Source: Eledone cirrhosa
Taxonomy: Eukaryota
NCBI GenBank assembly: GCA_964016885.1
Contig: OZ024743.1
Coordinates: 67,828,001-67,892,000 of the forward strand
Reading direction: 5' to 3'
DNA length: 64,000 nucleotides
In this document: positions 11,455 to 28,120 of the stretch, in pieces
Layout of the letters: every line of letters begins with the position of its first letter
How positions within the stretch are numbered: position 1 is the first letter of the stretch
Made by a program: the position numbers and the translations under genes
The notes under the pieces: model-generated
What the model was told of the DNA's origin: nothing
The model's database searches: none
What the model saw: only the letters and a program-made list of their open reading frames with translations

Positions 11455-13673
11455 ATGGAATTCTTTAAGATCTCTTCTTCTCTAAAAGACATACCTCTAC
11501 CTAGATACAAGGACTTTATTAAACAACTAATAGATAAATCAGACTCCTTTATAAGGAGAATCAGGTGGCGTGCATTCCACTTTGATAAATCTAAATCTAA
11601 CGTAAACGAAAATGCCTCAGACCTAGACAGAGTCTTCAAACCTAAAAAAAATCCACCCCCCAACAAACTTTTGAATGATTTTGAAAACGATATAATTTCT
11701 ATCATACAAGGAGTCAGATTCAAGAGAAACTTCAATGGCCAGGAATATCTGAAAAGCATTAAGGATAATATTGCGAGCTTAGAGAGAGCAGAGAAGATCT
11801 TGGTGAAATCGGACAAAACCAACAACCTCTATGGAGTGGAAAAAGACATGTATAATGGCCTCATACTGAAAGAACTAAGGAAAAAGTACAAGGTAGCAGA
11901 TAAGGCTGAACTTGAGAAAATGAATGTTGAGGCATCATGTATAATGCATGAGTTGGAAATTGAGAACAAAACACAACCTTTCGTGCCTAGGAAACCCAAG
12001 ATCAATATGAAAGATCACAAGAGAAATTTTGAAAATGACTTGCCAGTCAGGTTGATTGCACCATCAAATTCTGACCTGGGTAAACTTAGCAAGAACATTC
12101 TAGACAGAGTGATACAGCAAATTAAGGACTTGAATTGTTTACCTGGCTTGACCTTGTGGAAGGGAACTGGGGAGGTCATTGAGTGGTTTAATGAAATTAA
12201 ATATAACAATAATAATAAATTTATTCAACTAGATATTGCTAACTACTATTCATCCATTACCCCTAATCTACTTAATAAGGCACTAAATTACGCATTCAAA
12301 CATACAGACCTAACTAGCAATGAAATGCAAATTATATTATCGGCAAGGAAAACTTTGATAGAATTTAATAACCAACTATGGACTAGGGCAGATAGAGATA
12401 ATAATGTTGACATTACTATGGGATCATCAGACTCAGCTCAGGTAACGGACCTTGTGGGCCTATTTATGATTAATTCGCTGCATAGGAAAATACCCGGTGT
12501 TACCGGAGGTTTATATAGAGATGACATGCTTTTACTTATTGAAAATAATAACTCTGAACTAAATAAGAAAAGAAAACAAATTATACAATTATTTAATTAC
12601 CTTAATCTAAAAATAGAAATTGAGAATAACCATAGAATAGTCAATTTCCTAACATTTAATCTCAACACATGTCTTCACTATCCATTTCACAAGTTAAATG
12701 AAAACTTGAATTATGTCAATTTTAGCTCCAATCACCCCAGATCTGTCAAAAATACTATAGTGAACTCTGTTCAAAAACGTATCTCTAGAATCTCTTCCAA
12801 TAAAATATTTTTGACGAAAAAGCCCAGTATTATAATGAAGCTTTAGCTAGAGCAGGATATAGTGATAAAATTATGTACATCGATAATAGACAAACTAACC
12901 AAAATAACAACAATTTTAATTACAGTAACAACTTTAACAACTATAATAGAAAGCACTACAATCATTTCAAAAACCAGAAAAGAAATAGAACTAGAAATAT
13001 AATATGGTTTGCCCCCCCTTTCTCACTAAACATTAAAACCCACATCGCTAAACTATTTTTTAATGCTCTTGACAAACGCTTCCCTAGAACACATAAGTAT
13101 CACTCAATTTTTAATAGACATACTATAAAATTAACGTACTCGTCCACCAAAAATTTAGCACAAAATATTAATAGAATAAATAATAGGAATCTAAAACCTA
13201 GCCAAAATACCGAAAATAGCCTAAACAATATTCAACTAAAAAACTGTAACTGTAGAGATAGATCTAAATGTCCGCTAAATAACAATTGCTTAGTTAAAAA
13301 TATAATATACAACTGTAATGTTAGAACTGATTTAAATTCTTTTAATTATGTTGGTTCCACCTCGACAGAATTTAAACTTCGCTATAATAATCACAAAAAT
13401 TCTTTCACGGATCCAAATAAAAAATCCTCAACATCGCTGTCAGGGTTACTCAGGCAACTTAAGCATGATAAAGTTGGATATTCGATGGTTTGGAATATAG
13501 TCTCAAAAGGGATTCCTTTTAATTCCTCTTCTGAGACTTGTGACCTCTGCGCGGAGGAGATATTCTTTATATTAAAATCTAAAAATTCCCTTAATTTACG
13601 AACCAATTTATTCAGCTGTTGCAGACATAGATTGAACTCAACATTTAAATATAAATACAAATTTAAAATGTAA
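11455..13673 (+). pseudogene. Naiad-type PLE polyprotein (RT plus GIY-YIG), split by one frameshift near 12805
   Basis: R.RWRAF, VKSDKTNNLY, KDHK, DIANYYSSI, ITMGSSDSAQVTDLVGLF, GLYRDD, SNHP; then IIWFAPPF, CNC..CPL..C, NIIY..YVG, RYNNH, CDLC.EE. The shifted frame restores IFDEKAQYYNEALARAGY; the usual FLD motif reads FLT (apparent 6-nt deletion). Confidence 0.93.
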
Positions 13674-14880
13674 TATAAAATGTAGTATATTTACTTAAGG
13701 TATTTGACTATTTGTGATACTTGGTGATAAATCTTTCGATTCCTTAAATTTTTTTTAAAACATTTCTGCATGAATATATAATTAATGAGATTAAATAAAC
13801 TACCCTATAATTGGCGTTGTCCCCAATCTTTTGAATAAATGTTTAAGTTGGATAAACTTCTATAATAAATATAAGAGCATTTGTAGAATAAGTTTTGAAT
13901 GATTTCTGCTAGATAAGGCTTGGTGAACAATTTTGGTTTTGTTTGCTTTTGACTCTGATTCTATGACCGATATGCGTGGCATACTATGTTCTCTTGCGTC
14001 CCTAGATACTCTGTGGAGTGACGAAGATATTCTTGGCGTTTTTAATTTTAATATTGATATCTGTTGTCTACTCTATGCTTGATCGATGATCATGCAAGTG
14101 AGGCTGGAATGTTATTTTAGATGTTAATGTATATCTTATATGTTTTGTGTCTATATATATGTATATATGTATGTAAATGTATGTAGGGTGGAATCTTTTC
14201 TAACGCATTGAAGTTGTTCATGAAATATAAGAATCAGTGCAGCGTATCACGTAGGTTCACATGTGCGTCTATATTTATCAACTTGAATTTGAGATAACCT
14301 TCTCTTTTCTCTTTTTTCACGAGAATGCATATATACTTATATTTGAAGTTTTATCTCAGATTTTGCTTATAGACCTAAGAATTTTTAACTGAGCATGTGG
14401 TCATTTTTTTCACACATTATGGATATGTGTCTCATTCATGAATACTGATATTTACATTATAATACCTAATTCATAAAAATTGATAATTCAAATGGATGAG
14501 ACATAATATATTTTTAATATATTTTAAATATATCATCTTTCTTTCTTTTTCTCCTATACACTAGTTTAACTGTATCCCTTCCCTTAACCTCTCACATATA
14601 CGATGATCATCTGTCAAAAAGTAGCCTACTATGTTTTCACCATCAATGTATTTCTCTCTCTCCTTGTCTCTCTATCTCGCTCCGTTGTTTTTCTTTGCAT
14701 ACATCTCTTCATCTTCTTCTATTTTTATTTGCATACATCTCCTCATCTTCTTCTTCTCATCTTCGTTTTCTTTCTATATAACTATCATAACAGTTTCACT
14801 ACCAAATCAACTTTTTAAAAGGAAGTTGCATTATCACAAGGTATGTCACTAATTATTTATAAAACAGCTTATATATTGTA

Positions 14881-14942
14881 TTTTGTCTGAGGAAGGCATA
14901 CCATATTTTTAATATGATATCCCAGAAATATATATAACGAAA
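14881..14942 (+). ncRNA. Type I hammerhead ribozyme (family A, 3' pLTR)
   Basis: UUUUGU-CUGAGGA-[AGGCAUACCAUAUU..AAUAUGAUAUCCCA]-GAAA-UAUAUA-UA^ACGAAA. Confidence 0.75.
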
Positions 14943-14985
14943 TAAATATGGTTTTATAAATATACTTTCCATTTGTTTAATATCG

Positions 14986-15018
<33 letters not shown>

Positions 15019-15019
15019 T

Positions 15020-15200
15020 TATTAAAATAACAGATTAAAGTTGAATCGCTGCTTAACGTTAAAGGGTGAAAGCAGCGATTCTTTGCTTAAAGTTTAATCT
15101 GTTATTTTAATAAATATTTGCTCTACGGTTCTTATATATCTGATATATATTTATCCTCATCGAGCCCTTTTGGGATTTTAGTCTTCAAATTTATCATTAT

Positions 15201-15205
<5 letters not shown>
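15020..15205. mobile_element. Fold-back PLE end remnant (family X)
   Basis: attaaaataacagattaaa...tttaatctgttattttaat inverted repeat, plus the tail shared with 1290-1433. Confidence 0.65.
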
Positions 15206-15259
<54 letters not shown>

Positions 15260-15535
15260 AAGTTAATTTATTTAAATTAAATTAAGGGAGTCATCTCCGA
15301 GACATGCGCCATATCCACCGTAGAATAAGCTCAAAGATTCCAATGAATAGATCCGAGCATTTTATATCAACTAGAAATTGATTGTCATATATATATATAT
15401 ATATTTAAAATAAACACATATATTTTAAACAATCACAGGGGATAATTTGTAAAGTGTGTAATCACACACAGCTAGGTAACTAATTAAAGTTTAAGTAGAG
15501 CTTCAAATATTCCCTTTTAAAAAATGATTTATCTT

Positions 15536-15616
15536 CCTTGTATATATTTCATTAAAGAAATATATTTCACCAATAATCTGTCAAGTCACAGCAGTCAAAT
15601 CGGATCTTCAGCAAGG
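15536..15616 (-). ncRNA. Type I hammerhead ribozyme with full stem III, no linked ORF
   Basis: CCUUG-CUGAAGA-U-CCGAU..AUUGG-U-GAAA-UAUAUUUC-UUUAAU-GAAAUAUA-UA^CAAGG; 5-bp stem I and 8-bp stem III. Confidence 0.8.
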
Positions 15617-15858
15617 GGGAAGATTTAACTATCTGTGTTTACACATCAAATGCAAATCTGCGAGTGACCCATCGCACGTGTTGCAATTCTAAAATTACTA
15701 ACAACATGCTAGCGTCATCCCAGTGGTGTGAATAGGGTGATCGACATCTATAAATAGCTGCCGAGCCCTTTCAACCGATTTAGCTCTACAATTAAGAAGC
15801 CGTGTATATAGTATATAATATATATATAAATATATATACACTTACATATATATATATA

Positions 15859-15921
<63 letters not shown>

Positions 15922-15981
15922 GTAAGTGTATATATATTCATATATATGTGTATATGTTACGTGTATGAACAAGTGTTTTCT

Positions 15982-16012
<31 letters not shown>

Positions 16013-16639
16013 CATATATATGTGTGTGTGTATAATGGAAAAAAGAGAGAGTGGAAAAATCATGTCTATAGATAAATTATTATGAATCTTTTGTTGTACT
16101 TCTATAGAATCTATATATGACAGTCATGATTTTACAGACGAAACGTGAGTAAAATGAGTTTTTCACAATGCTAAAATATTACTGCATTAAAATAACCAAA
16201 AGCTAGTATTCGATGTTTTTTCATATATAATACATGTTTACATTTATAGTAAGCGTTTATGGCGATATGAGAAATAACTCACAAAAAAAAAGTGTCAGTA
16301 CAATTTTTAGTTCCTATTCGAAATATGTCGATACATCAAAAATATGTTAAGATAATCCGATATTTAACGGTAAATGTAAACGAGAGTGGGTGGTGTATTT
16401 TGAAGAAGGAAGCAAATATATAGTGTTATTAATATTTGTTTTTATTCCATCATTAAATCTTCTTCTTCTTCTTCTTCTTCTTCTTCTCCACCTCCTCCTT
16501 CTCCTCTTCCTCCTCCCCCTCTTTCTTCTTCTTCTTCTTCTTCTTCTTCTTCTTCTTCTTCTTCTTCTTCTTCTTCTTCTTCTTCTTCTTCTTCACGCAC
16601 ATAGGGGAAGAGTCCTCAAATACTCCTTCCAGCCATGAT

Positions 16640-17180
16640 CATGGTCGTTATTCACCCATCTTGCTCGGGGCATTTACCCGTAAAATCTGCCAGTTGGATT
16701 TTCCCGTAAAATCTGACAAGCACTTCTCTCCTGAGACGTTCTAAACAAATGCCTATAATATCTGAACTGTGATCTTTCAATTCAGAATAGGGTCTCTCCA
16801 GAGAGCGACTCTCTGATCTCTGAGCTACGCATTCTATGAAGTAAAGTTACGCCAGACACCTTCCGGGGGAACCCCATTTCGGGCGTTGGTATTCGTGACC
16901 GTATTCATTCGGTCATTCGAATTAAAGATAGCGTGTTTGGCATTTACACTTACTTCCCTTCTGATTACCGAATGAGGAAGCTGGTGCATTACTGCAGCAG
17001 CTCCTGCAATTCTTACACTTAATTCAGCCTCCTAATTCAGTCATTGTGCATACGGTCTCGAGATACTTGAATTTCTCCACCTGCTTCTGTGTAACTCCAT
17101 TGACAGGCTTCCTTGTGAGAAGCCATACAGTAGATCTAACAGAACATATTCCACTTTCACAGAGAATCTTCTTTTTAACC
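16640..17180 (-). mobile_element. Decayed RTE-like LINE fragment
   Basis: Minus strand reads NGVTQKQVEKFKYL, typical of the post-RT region of RTE LINEs. Confidence 0.55.
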
Positions 17181-17199
17181 AACTATTATTTAAACTACA

Positions 17200-17420
17200 C
17201 GAGGGCGGTGGATTGACAGTATCAGTAAAGGGTCGGACGTCATGATTTGCAGCATAGAGTTACATCCTTTTATGATCTGAGTTCAAATCCCACCGAGGTT
17301 AACTTTGTCCTTCATCCTTACAGGGTCGATAAAATAAATTACCAGTCACGCATTGGGGTCGATTTAATCGACTTCCTCTCCCCCAAATTGCTGACTTTGT
17401 GCCTATATAAGAAACCATTA
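17200..17420 (+). mobile_element. SINE family S1
   Basis: gagttcaaatcccaccgaggttaactttgtccttcatccttacagggtcgataaaata. Confidence 0.8.
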
Positions 17421-18449
17421 TCTAATCTACATCACGTGGTACCATCAAGTGGTATTCTTTCATATATATATATCGGAAGTCAGACGAATTAGTTTTTCCA
17501 TTACAGTTATGTTCTACATTCAGCTATCCAGGTTCATCTGTAGACAGAATTACAGAGTTACTTATATACTGATGTGTAGATCATAATCTATAAATGTGTA
17601 AAGATAGTCTCGTATATGATTGTACTTAGAGATAGAATTGTAGATTATGAGTGCACACATGTATTGTTTTTTTCACGGGGAGTCTTCTAATTATATATTT
17701 AAAGAAACACATTTAAATACACGTTGCCTTCTACACAAATACTGATTGTTTATTAACATATGTGTTTCACAAAAGACCACTACCTTTTTTCTAAATCTAG
17801 ATTATTCAAGGCGTTCCTTTTTTAAACAAGACAGTGCGTAATTTCCAGATGTTGGAACACCGAAAGAAATATTCTCGAATCTGTGGATATTAAATTCACG
17901 TCGCAAATAGATGGACACGTTTTCTACTCCATTAGACATTAAACATATATGGTAGTGAGAATATTAAAACAAAATCTATAAATCTCCACCAACTGCCTCA
18001 ACACCAAGACCGATACTTTAAACGTTCCCCTCAAGTCAGTAAAGTCATTTCTAAACAATAGAAATTCCCACACGTTAAGCATATCGTTCACATACGATTC
18101 TTTCCTCTCTACGAGCAATCATGCATAACAATCGGGAGACGCAAAGATTTATCTCCAAATTTAACACCGACACAGGCTGCTTATAATACACCAAGATTGT
18201 ACTCCCGTTTTTCCACTAAAATACTTCGAGTATAATTTATTTTATCTTTCAGACCACCTCACTAACGTTAAACATAATATACTACTGTCTTCATATATAT
18301 ATATATATATATAATACTCCATTTGTCTTCATAGTATTCAATATTATCATATGAACCATTTCAGACCAGTATCTGCATTTGAGTGTATATATCTGTTTTT
18401 CTTATACACACACATACACAATTTTACATATATATATATATATGCATAT

Positions 18450-18537
<88 letters not shown>

Positions 18538-18577
18538 CACAGTTGAAAATTGCAAACTTGATTGCCACCACAGAATA

Positions 18578-18616
18578 TGAACCTGAAGATTGCGAAAGCA
18601 TGAGATTTCTTGTTCA
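18578..18616 (+). ncRNA. Decayed minimal hammerhead motif
   Basis: UGAAC-CUGAAGA-U-UGC-GAAA-GCA-U-GAGA-UUUC-UU-GUUCA; the GAAA core reads GAGA. Confidence 0.45.
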
Positions 18617-18772
18617 ATTAACACTTAACATTTAATATTCTACCATACTATTTCATTCTAATACCATTATATATTTTAAAGGATTGTAAATAAAACGAGT
18701 AAATCAAACAAAGTTGGAATTCCTTTTATTAATATAATCTTCTATACACAATCATACACACCCGTGTATATT

Positions 18773-18814
<42 letters not shown>

Positions 18815-19400
18815 GAGATAGATAGAAAGATGGAGAGAGAGAGAGAGAGAAAGAGAGGGAGAGAGAAATAGAGGGAGAGAAATAGAGAGAGAGAAAGAGA
18901 TAGAGATAGAGAGAGAGGGAGAGAGAGAGAGATCATGGTAATCGGTTTTCGTTAGTTGAAACCGAAAATTGTGTCAAAATGCATTGGTGTTTGACTCAAC
19001 ATATGAATCTCTTAACATATTGGTTCCGTGGTGATCAACCGAAGGAACAATGAAGGTATTCGCTCAATGACTAATTTGTTATTTTGCGTCTCTCCGTTAT
19101 TCTATCCTACACTATCATGGCAAACACATTGATATATTACAATGAAGTATTAGTCAATGATTTAGAATTTATCTCATTTATTTGATGCACAATCGTTGTC
19201 ATACGTATTTTGACGGCACCAGTTATGTAACAGTTACGACCGCATTAAACAGCTATTCTGTTCTCATAACATAGTGACTCCAATTTCGTTTTCAAAGCAA
19301 CACTTCGGAGTACACATACCTACATGTATACTCGTCGAGTGCAGTACCCAGCGCATTCTATAGCCGGTTAAAATAACTGACGCAGAATATACTAGTTATA

Positions 19401-21563
<2,163 letters not shown>

Positions 21564-21636
21564 ATATATATAATATTAGAAAGTGAGGATTTTTTACAAA
21601 TTGAAAAATAACCGATGTGTCCTACACGAGTGAAAG

Positions 21637-21698
21637 TATAAAGAAAAAGAGGTGAAATCGAAAATGCAACTGTTGCATTTTCGATTTCATCTCTTTTT

Positions 21699-21705
<7 letters not shown>
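21637..21705. repeat. Near-perfect 2 x ~33 bp palindrome next to (TA)n
   Basis: aaagaaaaagaggtgaaatcgaaaatgcaac-t-gttgcattttcgatttcatctctttttcttt; one arm recurs at 56823-56852. Confidence 0.85.
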
Positions 21706-21740
<35 letters not shown>

Positions 21741-21742
<2 letters not shown>

Positions 21743-22181
21743 GAAAATCCGCCTCTTCATTGCTGTAATGGAGTCTGTGCTGCTGTACGGGTCTGAGTCT
21801 TGGACACTGACCAAGAAACTCACTCAGATGGTGGTTGGGTGCTACACGAGAATGCTGAGGGTGGCTCTGAACATTAATCAGTATACACTGAGGATGAAAA
21901 ACTCAGAGCTCTATGGGGGCCTCCCAAAACTCAGCTCAAACGCGACACAGAGGAGACTGAGGTTAGCTGGACATGCTCACCGACATCCAGAGTTGGCATT
22001 GCACTCAGTGCTCCTGTGGGAGCCCCTACATGGACACACTGGAAGAGGAAGTCTAAGGTTAACGTATGTTGATACCCTAAGGACAGACACTGGTCTGTTG
22101 GAGACTTAGGACATGGCAGCGATAATGAGGGACAGAGACCGATGGAGAGAACTCGTCTATGGATCTCGGGAATTTTACCCG

Positions 22182-22185
<4 letters not shown>
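21741..22185 (+). mobile_element. RTE-clade LINE 3' fragment
   Basis: KIRLF..ESVLLYGSESWTLTK..YTRMLRVALNI..RRLRLAGH..R..W..DRDRWR. Confidence 0.85.
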
Positions 22186-22987
<802 letters not shown>

Positions 22988-22989
22988 AG

Positions 22990-23225
22990 CATCAACAGTT
23001 TTCCAAGAGATGTCAACATTAATGGAGCTGGTATGTTTATCCAAAGACATTTTTTCGAATTCCAACCCAACCGTCCCATCAAACTATCCTATTTCTCATT
23101 CTTTCTTCAGATGAAGTACTAACGTCCGAAACGTTAAGACCGTCTTCCTGCTATTTTAAGCGTTAATCTATTATATTCCTTCCATATACTGTACCGATTG
23201 CGTTGTTATTTCTGTTTGCCTTTTA
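22990..23225 (+). mobile_element. PLE 3' end remnant with decayed minimal HHR (23104-23139)
   Basis: tctt-CAGATGA-agtactaacgtcc-GAAA-cg-tt-aaga; paralogue of 4216-4420. Confidence 0.6.
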
Positions 23226-23751
23226 TTTATTTATTTATATATATATTTATAGTATTAAGGATACTATTTATGGTTATGTATATACTAAAACTTTTTATAG
23301 TTATATATATTTTAAACCCTAAACAGAGAAAGACAGTAATTTATTACTACCTTATTACCAGTAAGATAAATAGCTCAATGTAATAACATCAGTTGTTCTA
23401 CAGAGCAGTTATATAGAAATCACAACTATCCCCTTGCATTATCTTCGTAAACTGCCGATGTTGTATTTTAACTTTAATTTTGTTTTAATTTTGTTTTAAT
23501 ATGATTTTAATTTTTGAATTTAAGTTGCCATGCAAAAATATTATAATGGATGTCACCCCACTGTGCATCGATATATACATATGTTTCTGTATGTCTCTTG
23601 TGTTGTAAAGGAGGTCATGTATGTAAACAATCATTGAAAGATTGCCCCGAAGACCCCAAACCTCGGTTTGGACGAAACAATTTAAAACTAATAAATGGTT
23701 TGAACAGAAGTTTGATTCATGTGATTTCTATATATATATTTATATATATAT

Positions 23752-23900
23752 AAGTTTATCCCTGGTTCAATCAGGGGTAACCACACTAAGTAAGGTACAC
23801 AATACAAAGCAGAGTATAAGTATTTAATATAGAAAATGCTTCTACAGGAGTAGAACTGTTTCATTCGGGAGAAAGCTTTTCTGTAGAAGCTTTTCTATAT

Positions 23901-23905
<5 letters not shown>
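23752..23905. mobile_element. Small fold-back PLE end remnant
   Basis: tatttaatatagaaaatgcttctacag / ctgtagaagcttttctatattaaata; minus strand keeps the HHR 3' half GAAACAG..CUGUA and the ACUC hairpin (23797-23815). Confidence 0.55.
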
Positions 23906-23960
<55 letters not shown>

Positions 23961-23964
<4 letters not shown>

Positions 23965-24299
23965 CAAAATGGATATTTAATTTGTTGGTAATTCAACAAA
24001 TATTAATATTTATACTTGATTCAAAGCACTCGACAGCTTTTCTGGAGTATAATATTGAATGATATTAAATAAATGGAAACTATATTTATAAAACCATATT
24101 TATTCTATTAAATATATTTCAAGGGTACCAAAACTCATCATATAAAATGCAAAGTTTGTTTCATAAATATTTATAAATATTTATAAAACAAACTTTGTAT
24201 TTTATCTGATGAGTGCGTACTAAAGTGTTGGTACCCCTGAAATATTTATAATAGAATAAATATGGTTTTATAAATAGAGTTTCCATTTATTTAATATCA

Positions 24300-24302
<3 letters not shown>
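23961..24302. mobile_element. Fold-back PLE end, related to family A, with HHR at 24200-24256 (+)
   Basis: UUUUAU-CUGAUGA-..GUACUA..UGGUAC..-GAAA-UAUUUA-UA^AUAGAA; symmetric about ~24172; tail homologous to 11318-11410. Confidence 0.8.
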
Positions 24303-24392
<90 letters not shown>

Positions 24393-24396
24393 TGTA

Positions 24397-24431
<35 letters not shown>

Positions 24432-24849
24432 CACCCGCACTAAGAGTTAGAAATGAAATTTCGTTTCATTATTTTCCATACATATATATACATGTATACA
24501 TATATATATACACATACGTATGCATATATATATACATATATTTGTGTGTGTGTATGTGCGTGTGTGTGTGTGCCTGTGTATGGTCATATATGTTTATCGT
24601 TGATAAACACCACATATCGTTACCATATTTCTCGCTCACTCAGTGGTAACACCATTAACAACATTATCACAATCACCATCATCATCATCACCATTAATAT
24701 CAGAAACAACAACAGTAAATATAACAAGAAGAACATTAGCCATGCTTCAGTTCTACAAACTTCCTACCATTTCCCAAATATTACATTGTACATTCTGTTT
24801 CCTACTTTCTGTGAATGGTAACAACTGGAATAGATTCTTGCTATCTAAA

Positions 24850-27800
24850 CAGACCCAACACATACATATACATACTTACATAGACACAACACATATACAT
24901 ACATACATATACATACTTACATAGACACAACACATATACATACAAACATATACATACTTACATAGACACAACACATATACATACATACATATACATACTT
25001 ACATAGACACAACACATATACATACAAACATATACATAGTTACATAGACACAACACATATACATACATACATATACATAGTTACATAGACACAACACATA
25101 TACATACATATACATAGTTACATAGACACAGCACATACATATACATACTTACATTGACACACACATACATACATACATATACATACTTACATAGACACAA
25201 CACATATACATACATACATATACATAGTTACATAGACACAGCACATACATATACATAGTTACATAGACACAACACATATACATACATACATATACATAGT
25301 TACATAGACACAACACATATACATACATATACACAGTTACATAGACACAGCACATACATATACATAGTTACATAGACACAACACATACATACATACATAC
25401 ATATACATAGTTACATAGACACAACACATACATATACATAGTTACATAGACACAACACATACATACATACATATACATAGTTACATAGACACAGCACATA
25501 CATATACATAGTTACATAGACACAACGCATATACATACATACATATACATAGTTACATAGACACAACACATATACATACATATACATAGTTACATAGACA
25601 CAACACATACATATACATACTTACATAGACACAACACATATACATACATACATATACATACTTACATAGACACAACACATATACATACAAACATATACAT
25701 ACTTACATAGACACAACACATATACATACATACATATACATACTTACATAGACACAACACATATACATACAAACATATACATAGTTACATAGACACAACA
25801 CATATACATACATACATATACATAGTTACATAGACACAACACATATACATACATATACATAGTTACATAGACACAGCACATACATATACATACTTACATT
25901 GACACACACATACATACATATACATACTTACATAGACACAACACATATACATACATACATATACATAGTTACATAGACACAACACATATACATACATATA
26001 CATAGTTACATAGACACAGCACATACATATACATACTTACATTGACACACACATACATACATACATATACATACTTACATAGACACAACACATATACATA
26101 CATACATATACATAGTTACATAGACACAGCACATACATATACATAGTTACATAGACACAACACATATACATACATACATATACATAGTTACATAGACACA
26201 ACACATATACATACATATACACAGTTACATAGACACAGCACATACATATACATAGTTACATAGACACAACACATACATACATACATACATATACATAGTT
26301 ACATAGACACAACACATACATATACATAGTTACATAGACACAACACATACATACATACATATACATAGTTACATAGACACAGCACATACATATACATAGT
26401 TACATAGACACAACGCATATACATACATACATATACATAGTTACATAGACACAACACATATACATACATATACATAGTTACATAGACACAACACATACAT
26501 ATACATAGTTACATAGACACAACACATACATACATACATATACATAGTTACATAGACACAGCACATATATACATACATATACATGGTTCCATAGACACAG
26601 CACATACACATACATAGTTACATAGACACAACACATACATATACATACTTACATAGACACAACACATATACATACATACATATACATAGTTACATAGACA
26701 CAACACATATACATACATATACATAGTTACATAGACACAGCACATACATATACATACTTACATAGACACAACACATATACATACATACATATACATACTT
26801 ACATAGACACAACACATATACATACATACATATACATAGTTACATAGACACAGCACATACATATACATACTTACATAGACACAACACATATACATACAAA
26901 CATATACATACTTACATAGACACAACACATATACATACATACATATACATAGTTACATAGACACAACACATATACATACATATACATAGTTACATAGACA
27001 CAACACATATACATACATATACACAGTTACATAGACACAGCACATACATATACATAGTTACATAGACACAACACATACATACATACATACATATACATGG
27101 TTACATAGACACAGCACATACATATACATAGTTACATAGACACAGCACATATACATACATACATATACATAGTTACATAGACACAGCATATACATACATA
27201 CATATACATAGTTACATAGACACAGCACATACATATACATAGTTACATTGACACACACATACATACATACATATACATACTTACATAGACACAACACATA
27301 TACATACATACATATACATAGTTACATAGACACAGCACATACATATACATACTTACATAGACACAACACATATACATACATATACATAGTTACATAGACA
27401 CAGCACATATACATACATACATATACATAGTTACATAGACACAGCACATACATATACATAGTTACATAGACACAGCACATACATATACATAGTAACATAG
27501 ACACAACACATACATATGCATAGTTACATAGACACAGCACATACATATGCATAGTTGCATAGACACAGCACATACATACATACATATACATAGTTACATA
27601 GACACAGCATATACATACATACATATACATAGTTACATAGACACAACACATACATACATATACATAGTTACATAGACACAGCACATACATATACATATAC
27701 ATATACATAGTTACATAGACACATCACATACATATACATACTTACATAGACCCAACACATATACATACATACATATACATAGTTACATAGACACAGCACA

Positions 27801-28120
27801 TACATATACATAGTTGCATAGACACAGCACATACATACATACATATACATAGTTACATAGACACAGCACATACATATATATCGTTACATAGACACAACAC
27901 ATACATATACATAGTTACATAGACACAACACCTACATATACATAGTTACATCGACACAGCACATACATATACATAGTTACATAGACACAACACATACGTA
28001 CACATATTTACAAGGGCATAACACATACGTATATATAGTTTCATAGACACTACACATATGTACACATCTTTTGACACGCACACAACACATACGTACACAT
28101 AGTTACACATAGACATATGC
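24850..28120. repeat. Minisatellite, 30-42 bp units (atacatagttacatagacacaacacat + variable ATAC), with an 888-bp higher-order duplication
   Basis: Direct reading; identical spurious ORFs at 25149/26037 and 25411/26299. Confidence 0.95.

Noticed and set aside
11455-13673. Selenocysteine read-through, as reported for some Naiad elements
   Set aside because: No in-frame TGA at Cys positions; the break is a frameshift and no SECIS was recognised
17650-18280. Possible decayed LINE fragment
   Set aside because: No motif could be read with confidence
24850-28120. CRISPR-like repeat-spacer appearance
   Set aside because: Spacers are variable ATAC runs rather than unique sequence; eukaryotic context and no cas genes
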